Assembly (NCBI RefSeq): GCF_964213995.1 | Contig: NC_135822.1 | Span: forward strand, 25,234,001 to 25,298,000 | Direction of reading: 5' to 3' | Origin: Mustelus asterias | Taxonomy: Eukaryota | DNA: 64,000 nucleotides | Shown: positions 1 to 11,941 of the stretch, in pieces | Layout of the letters: the number at the start of each line of letters is the position of its first letter | Position numbering within the stretch: the first letter of the stretch is position 1 | The notes under the pieces: model-generated | Database searches by the model: none | What the model saw: only the letters and a program-made list of their open reading frames with translations | What the model was told of the DNA's origin: nothing | Made by a program: the position numbers and the translations under genes

Positions 1-244
1 TGATTGGCCAACTGACTGGACTGGGTAAACCTGAGGGAAGAGGAAGACTCAATGAACAGAGTGAGCATGACATAATAAAAAACCTCAGAACTGGTCACCT
101 CTGTATAATCTTTACAGGTTACCTCAATATAATCCCTCACCTTGGAACTACCCCATTAACCCTCCCTGGAAACTGGTCACCAGCCAGTCTTTGGTTGATC
201 TTAGGTCTTCTCTCTAATTTTCAAACTTCACGATGGTAATCCAA

Positions 245-530
245 ATAGATAGAACAAAGAGCACAGGAACAGGTCCTTCGGCCCACAATGTTGTGTTGAA
301 CATTACGCCAAATTAAACTAATCCCTTCTGCCTGCCCTCGGTCCAATCCCTCCATTCCTCGCATATTCATGTGTTATCTAAAAACTTCTTAAATGCCCCT
401 ATTGTATCTGCCTCCACCACCACCCCTGGCAGCGCGTTCCTGACACCTACCATTCACTCTCTGTGTAAAACACTTGCCCCTCACATCTCCTTTGAACTTT
501 CTCCCTCTCACCTTAAGTGAATGCCCCCTT
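245..530 (-). mobile_element. CR1 LINE 3' fragment
   Basis: [25 protein letters not shown] motif and CR1 tail. Confidence 0.8.
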
Positions 531-566
531 GATAATTCTTTATGCTGGCTGCTCTCTATTACTGAC

Positions 567-687
567 CTTTTCCCACAGCGATCACAGACGTATGGTTTCT
601 CCCCCGTGTGCTGACGGATGTGAGCAATTAGAGAGCTCGCCTGAGTGAAGCTTTTCCCACATATGATGCAGATACACGGCTTCTCAC
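567..687 (-). CDS. ZBTB17: ZBTB17 zinc-finger exon ([41 protein letters not shown]); gene continues beyond the window's left edge
   Basis: ttttgcag acceptor and AG|GTCAGT donor; 121 nt, phase 1 to 2; C2H2 fingers with TGEKP linkers matching Miz-1. Confidence 0.93.
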
Positions 688-1524
688 CTGCAAAACACCT
701 CATTTAATGTAGCCAGGAAATCACAGGGGAAGGCAATGGAAAAGGCGAAGGTGTACTTGTCCAAAAGCAGTGTCGCAATGATTCAGCTTCTCGCCCATTC
801 CCCCAGTTTAAGAATTTCTTCTCTTTCCCACCTCCATGCCTTCCAACAAACCACCAAAACTCTACCCTCCTCTCCAGGAAGTGCCAGTTCTTCCCGAGTG
901 GCACAGACCCTCACCCATGAGTTGAGACAATGAGTGCCAAGAGGTTACGGCAAACACGGATGGCAGCCAAGCCAATCCTGACCCTGTCTTCTTCGCCCGT
1001 TGATTACATGGGCATTTTCTAGCAGGGATCACGTGAGGAGAGATACGAGGAGGGAATAGACGCGACTGATTTCTCCCCTCCTTGGGGCACTGAGTCGAAT
1101 GTAGCATCTCTGTCACCACTCTAGCCAACTGCAGGGATTGAATCTGGGACTTGTTTGGATCTGGGTGTAGGCAGGCCTGTGCTGTCTCTAGTTACTAAGC
1201 AAACAAATTGCCAAAGTGTGACTGTGGCTTAGGGTGGGGTGGGAAACAACTTAAAAGAAAAACAAAAGTGAAGAATGGCCCAGCCTGCACTTGGTAAATG
1301 TCGATCCAGGGCTGGCTGCACAGGTCACATGGTTTGAAAAAAAAAACACAGCCACAGAGACCTGACATAACCACAAAGGAACGTTCCCTATGCCCCAGGC
1401 AGGAACAGCCTCGAATATAACTCTCTAATTGGCATTGCAGCTCCACCTATGGCCCTCATGATGCTGTTATGATTCACCGACAATTACAGCCAGCTCTCGA
1501 GGCATCTGTCAACAAGAGTTAAGT

Positions 1525-1800
1525 AAAGTTTATTTATTAGTGTCACAAGTAGGCTTACATTCACACTGCAATGAAGTTACTGTGAAAATCTCCTGGACGC
1601 CATACTGTTCGGGTACACTGAGGGAGAATTTAGCATGGCCAATGCGCCTAACCAGCACGTCTTTCGGACTGTGGGAGGAAACCGGAGCAAACCCACGCAG
1701 ACGCGGGGAGAACGTGCAGACTCCGCACAGACAGTGACCCAAGCCGGGAATCGAACCCAGGTCCCTGGCGCTGTGAGGCAGCAGTGCTAACCACTCTGCC
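1525..1800 (-). mobile_element. V-SINE/HE1-type tRNA-derived SINE with alternative tail
   Basis: A/B-box head (GTGGTTAGCAC...GGTTCGATTCC), V-domain core, tail ending CTTGTGACACTAATAAA. Confidence 0.85.
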
Positions 1801-1965
1801 CCCCCCCCCCCGAGGCACAATTAACAGACAATACAATTCCCACAATAGCTTCAAACTTGATTTTCAAACCCATCTTCTTTTTTTTGGAGGTGCTGGTGTT
1901 GTGAACACAGGGGGTTTAATTCTGAACGGCAATGTTCCTCACCTGAAGGTATTTCAGACGCTTAC

Positions 1966-2082
1966 CTGTGTGAATGCGCACGTGACGTTGCAAAGCTCCA
2001 GGATCGGAAAAGGCTCGCTGGCAATGTGGGCAGACGTACGGCTTCTCCCCACTGTGGATCCTCAGGTGCCGTTTAAGATTTC
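1966..2082 (-). CDS. ZBTB17: ZBTB17 zinc-finger exon ([39 protein letters not shown])
   Basis: ctttgcag acceptor, G|GTAAG donor; 117 nt, phase 1 to 1. Confidence 0.94.
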
Positions 2083-2615
2083 CTGCAAAGTAGATACATT
2101 GGGTGAAGAGAGATTGAATAACGGAGAGCGATCTGCAGGACAAATGGGTTCCAGCCCCAGGAAAGTCACGCGGCAGCTCACAGCTCTGGAAAGAGACACC
2201 TTTTTGTATTATTCATTCATGGGATCTGGGCATCGCTGGCTGGACCAGCATTCGTTGCCCATCCCTAACTGCCCTTGAACTGAGTGGCTTGCTCGGCCAT
2301 TTCAGAGGGCATTTAAGAGTCAACCACATTGCTGTGGGCCTGGAGTCACATGTAGATCCAGGTAAGGATTGCCTTTCCTAAAGGATATTAGTGAATCAGA
2401 CTTTTTTTAACAATAATCCACAACTGTTTCATGGTCATCACTGGACTTTGAATTCCTGATTTTTTATTGAATTTAAATTTCCCTATCTGATTCGAACCTG
2501 GGTCGCAGAGGATTATCCTAGTTTCTAGATTTCTAGTGCAGTGACAATACCACAACATTATCACTTCCCCCACATTATAGCTCGCAACTTCAGTGAGGAG
2601 GACAGTATAGCTTGT

Positions 2616-2859
2616 AGCTCCAGAGAGGGGCACATTCGAGAGCTCCAGAGAGGGGCACATTCGAGAGCTCCAGAGAGGGGCACATTAGAGAGCTCCAGAG
2701 AGGGGCACATTAGAGAGCTCCAGAGAGGGGCACATTAGAGAGCTCCAGAGAGGGGCACATTAGAGAGCTCCAGAGAGGGGCACATTAGAGAGCTCCACAG
2801 AGGGGCACATTCGAGAGCTCCACAGAGGGGCACATTCGAGAGCTCCAGAGAGGGGCACA
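2616..2859. repeat. Minisatellite, 25 bp unit AGCTCCAGAGAGGGGCACATT(C/A)GAG, about 9.8 copies
   Basis: Direct tandem period of 25 bp, no spacers. Confidence 0.97.
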
Positions 2860-3402
2860 GTGCAGCTCATTGCCCCAGAAAGAGAAATAAAAGAAAGATC
2901 CCACAAACAGCAATATAACCATAATCCGTTTTAGTGATGTTAGTTGGGGGAATATCGGCCAGGACACCAGGAGATCACTCCTGATCCTCTTCGAATAGTG
3001 TCAGGATTATTTTACATCCACCATAGAGTGTTGCTGGCTTAATGTTTTCCAGAAAATCTCTTTGAAAGTGCAGCGCGCACTCAGCACCACAGTGAAGTGT
3101 CAGCCTGGCTCAAGGCTCCCGAGTGAGGTTTAAATCTATAAACATCTGACTCAAGAAGGAAGAATGCTGCCACTGAACAGGAGGTTTCGCCAGTTTGCCA
3201 CTCTCCAACCCTGGAAAACAAAAGCCAATTTGCAGCCCCACCCTCCTCAATCTGGCTGCCAACGACAAATGGAGTTTAGCATCTTTCTTGATAGCTTGAC
3301 TGCTTACAGCTGTAACTGCCCGCAATGTCGGGAAACTCCTGGTGTTTTATTACACATTTCACAATGTCAGTGTACACAGGTCACAGCAAGCCCAGTTCTC
3401 AC

Positions 3403-3490
3403 CTGAAGTGGTGAACTGCTTCCCGCATTCCCTGCACTTCAGGGGTCCATCCACAATGTGAATCTTGAGGTGGGCTTTCAGGTTCCCCAG
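3403..3490 (-). CDS. ZBTB17: ZBTB17 zinc-finger exon (LGNLKAHLKIHIVDGPLKCRECGKQFTTS)
   Basis: ttttatag acceptor, G|GTGAGA donor; 88 nt; carries the Miz-1-typical DGPLK linker; read by hand, not the frame in the ORF track. Confidence 0.94.
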
Positions 3491-3989
3491 CTATAAAACA
3501 GACAAAGTGACAACAAGCCTCATTACCAGCCGATCCTGTATTTAGATTTTGGCAGCAAGCATTAGTGATCAGGATCCAGAACAAACCACCTAAAAACTCA
3601 ACGAGTGCGCCTGATGACAGCATTCCTGTTCTAAAGCCTTCTTGCCATGCGGAAACTGAGTAAGATGGCCCCCTATTGGCACAGGGCACTGACACGGAAG
3701 TAGGCCTGGATCCCGATCATCAGGTGAATTCCGACCTTAGCTGTTGGCCTCGGGCAGAGCAAAGTGGAGCTTCCAGAAGAGAAATTGTCATATCCAACAG
3801 CAGTCAGTTCAGCAGCAGAGCCTTGATACATTGCTGAGAGAGATCTAAAACGTGGGCACGGTGTAAAATAAATGAGTTGAGGGTTAGGAGACAAGGGATT
3901 GAGGCAAACTAGGTTCTGATAAAGACAAAGTCATTTGTCTCCCTCCAACACCACCGCCCCAAGTTAGGCACCTTTATCCACACCATAAC

Positions 3990-6075
3990 ATGGTTGGGAT
4001 TTGGACAAGAGGCCACAAGCAGAGTACTGCAGCCAGTTCTGATCACCGCACATCAGGAAGGATGTCCTGGAGCAGATTACAGAATGGTTTCAGGGGTGAG
4101 GGATTTTGGCTCCAAGGTTAGCTTGAAGAAGCTGGGATTGTTCTTGAAGAATAGGAGTGTGCGGGGAGATTTGATAGAGGTGTATAAGATTATAACAGGT
4201 TTAGATAAGGTAGGCGAGGTACGAGGATTAGGGGACACAAAGTTAAGATTTTGGGAAAGAAATACAGGTGGGATATGAGGAAGAATTTTTTTTTTTAATG
4301 TAGTGAGTGGTAATGGTCTGTGACTCACTGCCAACAAGGGTGGTGGAAGCGATATGATTAATGATTTCAAAAGGAAATTGGTTGGGGAACTAAGTTGGGC
4401 AAGTTAATGGGGCTAAAGGTAGACAAGTCTCCTGGTCCTAATGGAATGCATCCCAGGGTACTAAAAGAGATGGCGGGAGAAATAGCAAATGCACTAGTGG
4501 TAATTTACCAAAATTCACTGGACTCTGGGGTGGTTCCCGCAGATTGGAAAACAGCAAATGTGACGCCACTGTTTTAAAAAGGAGGTAGACAAAAGGCGGG
4601 TAACTATAGGCCGGTTAACTTAACTTCTGAGGTAGGGAAAATGCTTGAATCTATCATCAAGGAAGAAATAGCGAGACATCTGGATATAAATTGTCCCATT
4701 GGTAATACGCAACATGGGTTCATGAAGGGCAAGTCATGTTTGACTAATTTGGTGGAATTCTTTGAGAACATTACATGTGGAGTGGACAATGGGGAACCTG
4801 TGGATGTGGTGTATCTGGATTTCCAGAAGGCATTTGACAAGGTGCTGCACCAAAGACTGCTACATAAGATAAAGGTGCACGGTGTTACAGGTAATATATT
4901 AGCATGGTTAGAGGATTGATTAACTAACAGAAAGCAAAAAGTGGGGGTCAATGGGTGTTTTTCTGGTTGGTGATCAGTGACTAGCGGTGTGCCTCAGGGA
5001 CCGCAATTGTTTACGATTTACATAGATGTTTTGGAGTTGGGGGCCAACTGTAGTGTGTCAAAATTCGTAGATGACACTAAGATGAGTGGCAGACCAAAGT
5101 GTGCAGAGGATGCTGAAAGTCTGCAAAGGGATATAGATAGTCTGTGAGTGGGCGAGCGTCTGGCAAATGGAGTACAATGCTGGTAAATGTGAGGTCATCC
5201 ATTTTGGTAGGAATAAAAGCAAAATGGACTATTATATAAATGGTAAAAAATTGCAGCATGCTGCTGTGCAGAGGGACCTGGGTGTCCTTGTGCAAGAATC
5301 TCAAGGAGTTGGTTTGCAGGTGCAGTAGGTAATTAAGAAGGCAAATGGAATTTTGTCCTTCATTGCTAGAGGGATGGAGTTTAAAAACAGCGAGCTGTAT
5401 AAGGTGCTGGTGAGGCCACACCTGGAGTACTGTGTACAGTTTTGGTCTCCTTCTTGAGAAAGGATATACGGGCACTGGAGGGGGTGCAGAGATGATTCAC
5501 TAGGTTGATTCTGGAGTTGAGAGGGTTGGCTTATGAGGAGAGACTGAGTAGACTGGGGCTATACTCATTGGAATTCAGAAGAATGAGGGGAGATCTTGTA
5601 GAAACATATAAGATTATGAAGGGAATAGATAAGATAGAAGCAGGGAAGTTGTTTCCACTGGCAGGTGAAACCAGAACGAGTGGGCATGGCCTCAAAATAA
5701 GGGGAAGCAGATTTAGGGCTGAGTTGAGGAGGAACTTCTTCACACAAAGGGTTGTGAATCTGTGGAATTCCCTGCCCAGTGAAGCAGTTGAGGCTACCTC
5801 GTTGAATGCTTTTAAGGCAAGGATAGATAATTTTTTGAACAGTAAAGGAATTAAGGGTTACGGTGAGCGGGTGGGTAAGTGGAGCTGAGTCCATGAAAAG
5901 ATCAGCCATGATCTTATTGAATGGCGGAGCAGGCTCGAGGAGCCAGATGGCCCACTCCTGCTCCTAGTTCTTATGTTCTTATTTGTTCTTAAATTTGCAG
6001 AGCAACAGGGAGAGGACGGGACTGACTGGATTGCTCCACAGAATACCAGCACAGATTAGATGGACTAAATCATCT
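3990..6075 (+). mobile_element. CR1 LINE ORF2 remnant (4395-5980) nested in an older CR1 3' fragment
   Basis: KSPGPNGMHPRVLKE, QHGFMKGKSCLTNL, VYLDFQKAFDKV, FFTQRVVNLWNSLP with stops and frameshifts. Confidence 0.92.
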
Positions 6076-6079
6076 CCCA

Positions 6080-6388
6080 GGGCAGCACAACGGTACAATG
6101 GTTAGCACTGCTGCCTCACAGCACTAGGGACCCGGGTTCGATTCCTGGCTTGGGTCACTGTCTGTGCGGAGTCTGCACATTCACCCGTGTCTGCATGGGT
6201 TTCCTCCGGGTGCTCCGGTTTCCTCCCACAGTCCGAAAGAAGTGCTGGTTAAGTACATTGGCCATGCTAAATTCTCCCTCAGTGTATCCGAACAGGTGCC
6301 AGAGTGTGGCGACTAGGGGATTTTCACAGTAATTTCATTGCAGTGTTAACGTAAGCTTACTTGTGACACTAATAAAATAAAATAAAAA
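6080..6388 (+). mobile_element. V-SINE/HE1-type SINE with alternative tail
   Basis: Same head, core and tail as 1525-1800. Confidence 0.85.
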
Positions 6389-6959
6389 TCAGGGAATACC
6401 AGTGGAGAAAAACACTTTTGGACTCAATATTGAGTTCAACAACTTTAGATCATAATCTCTGCCTCCAGCTAGTTATGTGTGTTGTGTCTTTTTTAAACCG
6501 GCGAGTTTCCTCCTCTCTATCCCTTCATGTTGCATTCAGATGGCTGCTAACCCCTCACCCGGACACAACCAACGTCTCTTTACCACAGCCTTATTCTCCT
6601 CAAATGTTTCACCCTAAACTCTTTTGCTATTTAATCTCTCCCTCCCTCCACACAATCACAAGCCCCTCCTTCCTGCCCCGGGCCCCTTGCACTGGCTTTA
6701 AAATTCCACCATTAATAATTAATAAATAAATCAACCAACCAACTTTGTAATGACTCTATAACAGATGCTGGTATCATTAATAATGGCCACGTAACTGTTG
6801 ACTGTCATAAAAGCATAACTGGTTCATTAAGGTCCTCTAGGGAAAAAATCCTTATCTAGTCTGACCTATACGTGACTCTAATCACAGCCAACATTGGCAC
6901 CGTTCAGTTGTACCAAACCAGCCAGCTGTTCACAAACACCTCACCTCTGGAGTTCAGTT

Positions 6960-8170
6960 CTTTTGGCCATGTTTGAACCAAAGCTGTAGTGTGGTCAGGA
7001 GCTGACTGACCCTGGCAGAACCCAAACTGAGCAGGTTATTGCTGAGCAGGTGCTGCTTGATAGCACTGTTGGTGACCCCCTTCCACCACTTTACTGATGA
7101 TCAAGAGTGGACGAATGGGGTAGTAATTAGCCGGGTTGGATTTGTCTTGCTTTGTGTGTACAGGACATACCTGGGCAATTTTCACACTGCCGGGTAGATG
7201 CAGGATTATAGCTGGAAAAGCATGGTCAGAGGCTTTATTCCTTCATGGGATGTGGATGTTATCAGCAAACCCTGTATTCGTTGCCCACCCTTAATTGCCC
7301 TTGAACTGAGTGGCTTGCTCGGTCATTTCAGAGAGCAGGTAAGATTCAACCACATTGCTGTGGATCTTTTTTTTGTATTCATTCGTGAGACATGGGCGCC
7401 GCTGGCTGGGCCAGCATTTATTGCCTATCCCTAGTTGCCCTTGAACTGAGTGGCTTGCGAGACCATTTCAGAGGGCAGTTGAGAGTCAACCACATTGCTG
7501 TGGATCTGGAGTCACATGTAGGCCAGACTAGGTAAAGCTGGCAGGTTTCCTTCCCTAAAGGACATCAATCGCGACAGCTTCTGGAGCTTCAGTACTATTG
7601 CCGGAATACTGTCAGGGTCCATAGTCTTTGCCGTATGCAGTGCCTTCAGCCGTTTCTTGATGTCAAGTGGAGCAAATCAAATTGGCTGAAGCCTGTCATC
7701 TGTGATGCTGGGGACCTTTGAAAGAAGCCAGGATGGATCGTTCACTCAGCACTTCTAGCTGAAGATTGCAGCAAATGCATCAGCCTTTTCTTTTACACAA
7801 ATGTGCTGGGCCCAATCATTGAGGCTCTGGATACTTGAGGAGCCTCCTCCTTCTCCAACGAGTTGTTTAATGTCCACCACCATTCACAACGAGAGGTGGC
7901 AGGACTGCAGAGCTTAGATTTGATCTATTGGTTGTGGGATTGCTTGGCTCTATCTGTTACCTGCTGATTTTGCTGTCTGGCATGCAAGTAATCCTTTGTT
8001 GTAGCTTCACCAGGCTGACATGTCATTTTTAAGAATGTCTGGTGCTGTTCCTGGCTTGCCCTCCTGCACTCTTAATTGAACCTGGGGTTGATCCCCTGGT
8101 TTGGTGCTAATCGTAGAGTGGGGGAATTGGCCAGGCCATGAGGTTACAGATTGTGATCGAGTACAATTCT
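6960..8170 (-). mobile_element. L2/CR1-group LINE fragment with nested SINE pieces at 7240-7565; relatives at 26650-27310, 35780-36500, 44120-44410
   Basis: Interspersed similarity and decayed RT-like peptides (LNWTSTIN, AQVRSVSEYSPL). Confidence 0.55.
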
Positions 8171-8424
8171 AGTATGAAAAGGCAATTACATTGAATCATT
8201 TTCAATGTGGCTCCCTGTATCAGGTTTTTGGTTGATTATTGTGGAGGTGACTAAGCACCTGTCGGAACAATTCCCCCTTGGAATTCTCACCACCACACAG
8301 ATTCGAGAATCCAAATAATCTTTTGGGGGAAAATAAACTCTTGCTTGCTGTCATGTGATGGGCTTTCAGCCATTGCTTAAGTTGCCATTTTAGCGCCATC
8401 GTATAGTTCAAAGAATCAAAGAAG

Positions 8425-8798
8425 AATCATAGAATCCCTACAGTGCAGAAGGAGGCCATTCAGCCCATCGAGTCTGCACCGACAACAATCCCACCCGGGC
8501 CTTGTCACCGTAACTTCACGTGTTTACCCCACTAATCTCCCTGACACTAAGGGGCAATTTAGCATGGCCAATGCACCTAACCTGCACATCTTTGGACTGT
8601 GGGAGGAAACTGGAACACCCGGAGGAAACCCACGTAGTCACAGGGAGAACGTGCAAATTCCACCCGAGTCGGGAATCGAATCCGGATCGCTGGTGCTGTG
8701 AGGCAGCAGTGTTAACCACTGTGCCACCATGCTGCCCACTGTGCCACCATACCGCCCACTGTGCCACCATACCGCCCACTGTGCCACCATACTGCCCA
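8425..8798 (-). mobile_element. V-SINE/HE1-type SINE with CR1-like tail and a tandemly amplified 20 bp head segment (8717-8798)
   Basis: Core plus GGCCTCCTTCTGCACTGTAGGGATTCTATG tail; CCACTGTGCCACCAT unit four times. Confidence 0.85.
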
Positions 8799-9237
8799 TC
8801 AATGGCGTGGTCTCAGGGGTAGGGACTTACTTGCTTGATATAGTGTCAGAGCTTCATATTTAGATACTAGCCCCATTCTAGGCTGAGTTCACTTCACCAG
8901 GGCATCAGTGTTATAGTGATCACCCCAGTCCAACGCCGGCATCTCCACATAGTGATCCAGGGACAGGGGAGAATGTGAGTAAGAGTTAAAGAAGAATCAG
9001 TCAGGGTTCCCACTCCCAATCGTGGCCCAGTGACTCTTGTTAAAAGAAATATTGGTGCACACATACCACAGAATCTCCTGTGAAGCTCCTCTTGGCCAAT
9101 AGCCTGTAAGACACTCACTGACTTGATTCCCACACTGGACAAGTACCACAGGTTGACATGGGCTATAGGGACTGTATTCTAACAAGGACACTATACCTAC
9201 TCAGAGGAAGGAGAAGAGAAGAGGCAGTCTTTCTTAC

Positions 9238-9538
9238 CTGATTAAAACGTTTCTCGCAGTGTGGGCACTTGTGAACCTTGTCGGCGTCGTGCATTTCCAG
9301 GTGCCTCATTTTGGCAGTGGGGTCAGAGAAGGATCTCTCGCAGTAGTCGCACTGGTAAGGCTTCTCGCCGCTGTGAACCAGCTGGTGGCGTTTCAGATTG
9401 CCAGAGGTGGTGAACGTCTTCCTGCAGTCGTCGCACGTGTACTTGGCCTCGCCTGTGTGTCGCTTCTTGTGCAAGTTCAGCAAACTGATCAGCCGGTAAC
9501 TCTTCCCACATTCTTCACAAGAGTGAGGTTTAACAGGA
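9238..9538 (-). CDS. ZBTB17: ZBTB17 zinc-finger exon (PVKPHSCEECGKSYRLISLLNLHKKRHTGEAKY...HKCPHCEKRFNQ)
   Basis: ctctctccacag acceptor, CAG|GTAAGA donor; 301 nt, phase 2 to 0. Confidence 0.95.
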
Positions 9539-9841
9539 CTGTGGAGAGAGCAAATGCAGTCAGCACAGAACTCCAGTCACAGGTTGCACATGGCATGGTC
9601 ACAGGCTCTTGACTTCTTAGGGAATTGTATTGAATCATCAACAATTTCACCAATGTCACTGGAGTTTATCAGTGTCCTGATGCAAACGCATTCAAAAATT
9701 GCACCTTAATTTATCTCTTCCAATTGTTACCAGCCCTCAGTGAGTGGTAACCCCACCAGGTGCTACACAGCTGAAACTGTTCCCTCCAAACACAGCCCAG
9801 GTTTGGAATTCAGAATCTGGAGTTGGGCTACGTCCTGTCAG

Positions 9842-10155
9842 GGGTGGCACGGTGGTTAGCGCTGCTGCCTCACAGCGCCAGGGACGCGGGTTCAATTCCC
9901 GCCTCGGTTCACTGCCTGTGTGGAGTTTGCACATTCTCCCCATGTCTGCGTGGGTTTCCTCCAGGTGCTCCGGTTTCCTCCCACAGTCCAAAGATGTGCG
10001 GGTTAGGTGGATTGGCCATGCTAAATTGACCCTAGTGTCAGGGGGATTAGCAGGGTAAATATGTGGGGTTACAGGAATAGGGTCTGAGTGGATTGTGGTC
10101 GGTGCAGACTCGATGGGCCAAAAGGCCTCCTTCTGCCATAGTGATTCTATGATTC
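9842..10155 (+). mobile_element. V-SINE/HE1-type SINE with CR1-like tail
   Basis: Head, core and GATTCTATGATT tail. Confidence 0.85.
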
Positions 10156-10731
10156 ACTACCACAATGCCCCTGCCACCTTCAGTGTAGACTTTTCAAATA
10201 TGCACCCTGGTGGCTTCTGCAGCAACTCTTTTCACAAACTAACTTCATCCCAAATTCAACCACCTAAATTCTATCCCATGACACGTCCTAGTCACCACAC
10301 TTTAATTCCTGCCAAACCTTACTGGCTCTCTGTCCCTCAGCATATCAATTTCAGAATTCTCATCTTCAAATGCCTCCTGTCACCTCTGATTCCTTTCCCA
10401 ATTACTTTATATCTGTGCACCTTCCAGCCACTGAACAATCTACTTCCACTAGTTAGGTAGTCTTGGACTTAGGGAGCATAGCCTAAAATTCAGAGCCAGA
10501 TATTTCAGGAGTGAAATTAAGAAATACTTCTACACAAAAGACAATAAAAGTTTGGGATCATCTTCTGAAAACAATAATTGATGCCAGATTAATTATATAT
10601 TCTAGATCCAAATTTGATAGATTTTTGCTTTTCAATGGTATTAAGGAATAAGGAGCAAAGATGGGTGCATGGAGTCAGGTTGCAAATCAGCCATGGCCTC
10701 ACTGAATGAGTGAACAGGCTTGAGGGACTAA

Positions 10732-10970
10732 GATAAAAAGCAAAATGCTGCGGATGCTGGAATCTGAAACAAAAACAGAAAATGCTGGAAAATCTCAGCA
10801 GGTCTGACAGCATCTGTGGAGAGAGAATAGAGCCAACGTTTCGAATCTAGATGACCCTTTGTCAGAACAGCAGCTCTGTCGAAGGGTTATCCAGACTCGA
10901 AACATTGGCTCTATTCTCTCCTCACAGATGCTGTCAGACCTGCTGAGATTTTCCAGCATCTTCTGTTTTT
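10732..10970. mobile_element. Palindromic element of a second Penelope-like family, 15 bp TSD GGCTTGAGGGACTAA, inserted in a CR1 3' tail
   Basis: Inverted ~100 bp arms with degenerate CTGANGA...GAAAC cores; TSD at 10717-10731 and 10971-10985. Confidence 0.8.
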
Positions 10971-11081
10971 GGCTTGAGGGACTAAATGGCCTGTTCCTAT
11001 GAACCAACAAACAACTGGGTCGGTACATCTCAGGAATTATTCACATTGACTATGAGTAACGACGCCGTGGTCCTTCCATAC

Positions 11082-11224
11082 CTGTGCGTCTTCTCATGTG
11101 CTTTGCAGGCAGCAGGGTCGGAGAATGCTTTATTGCACTCCCTGCAAGTGAATGGCTTCTCTCCAGTGTGAATGCGAACGTGCCGTTTGTAATTTCCCGT
11201 GTGTGTAAACTCCTTCCCACAGTC
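11082..11224 (-). CDS. ZBTB17: ZBTB17 zinc fingers 1-2 exon ([48 protein letters not shown])
   Basis: ttttttgtag acceptor, AG|GTATGG donor; 143 nt, phase 0 to 2. Confidence 0.95.
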
Positions 11225-11320
11225 CTACAAAAAAGAAAACACAGATGGGTTAACAAGGTTGTAATAATGAGAGCCATGGTGGCGGGCATGCTTCTACTGT
11301 CCCTGTGGAAAGGAACAAGG

Positions 11321-11660
11321 TAAGAAGTTTAACAACACCAGGTTAAAGTCCAACAGGTTTATTTGGTAGCAAAAGCCACAAGCTTTCGGAGCCTTAAGCT
11401 CCTTCTTCAGATAAGTGGGAATTCTGTTCACAAACAGGGCATATAAAGACACAAACTCAATTATATGCCTTTATATGTCTTATTATATGTCAATTATATG
11501 TCTTTATATGCCTTGTTTGTGAACAGAATTCTCACTCACCTGAAGAAGGAGCTTAAGGCTCCAAAAGCTTGTGGCTTTTGCTACCAAATAAACCTGTTGG
11601 ACTTTAACCTGGTGTTGTTAAACTCCTTACTGTGTTTACCCCAGTCCATCTCCACATCAC
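11321..11660. mobile_element. Short palindromic Penelope 3'-end insertion, 13 bp TSD GAAAGGAACAAGG
   Basis: Inverted ~135 bp arms with hammerhead-like cores; TSD at 11308-11320 and 11661-11673. Confidence 0.88.
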
Positions 11661-11941
11661 GAAAGGAACAAGGCCAGGAAGCACATTATCCCAGATAGGG
11701 TAAGCTTACCAGTCACTGTAGCAACCAATATTATTTTCAAAATGACTGATTATCAGCTGCCCCGCGATGCAGTCGCAGGATCTATCTCTGTGGATATGTC
11801 CATGTCAGGCGCGCACAAGAACAGCCACGGCTACAATGTTCACCCAAGCCAAACCTGCCATCGTCCAGGGGGGGCAACCGTGAAAGAACGGCCACTTGTT
11901 TCAGATGCAGGAAAGTAATCGCCAGTGACAAGACTGTGAGC

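Noticed and set aside
2616-2859. CRISPR-like array or tandem CTCF sites
   Set aside because: Units are contiguous with no unique spacers, the DNA is eukaryotic, and CCAGAGAGGGGCAC mismatches the CTCF core at several central positions.
11274-11287. Near-perfect Kozak CCGCCACCATGG in the intron before finger 1 as start of a BTB-less isoform
   Set aside because: The ATG is 53 nt upstream of the phase-0 exon start, so it is out of frame with the fingers.
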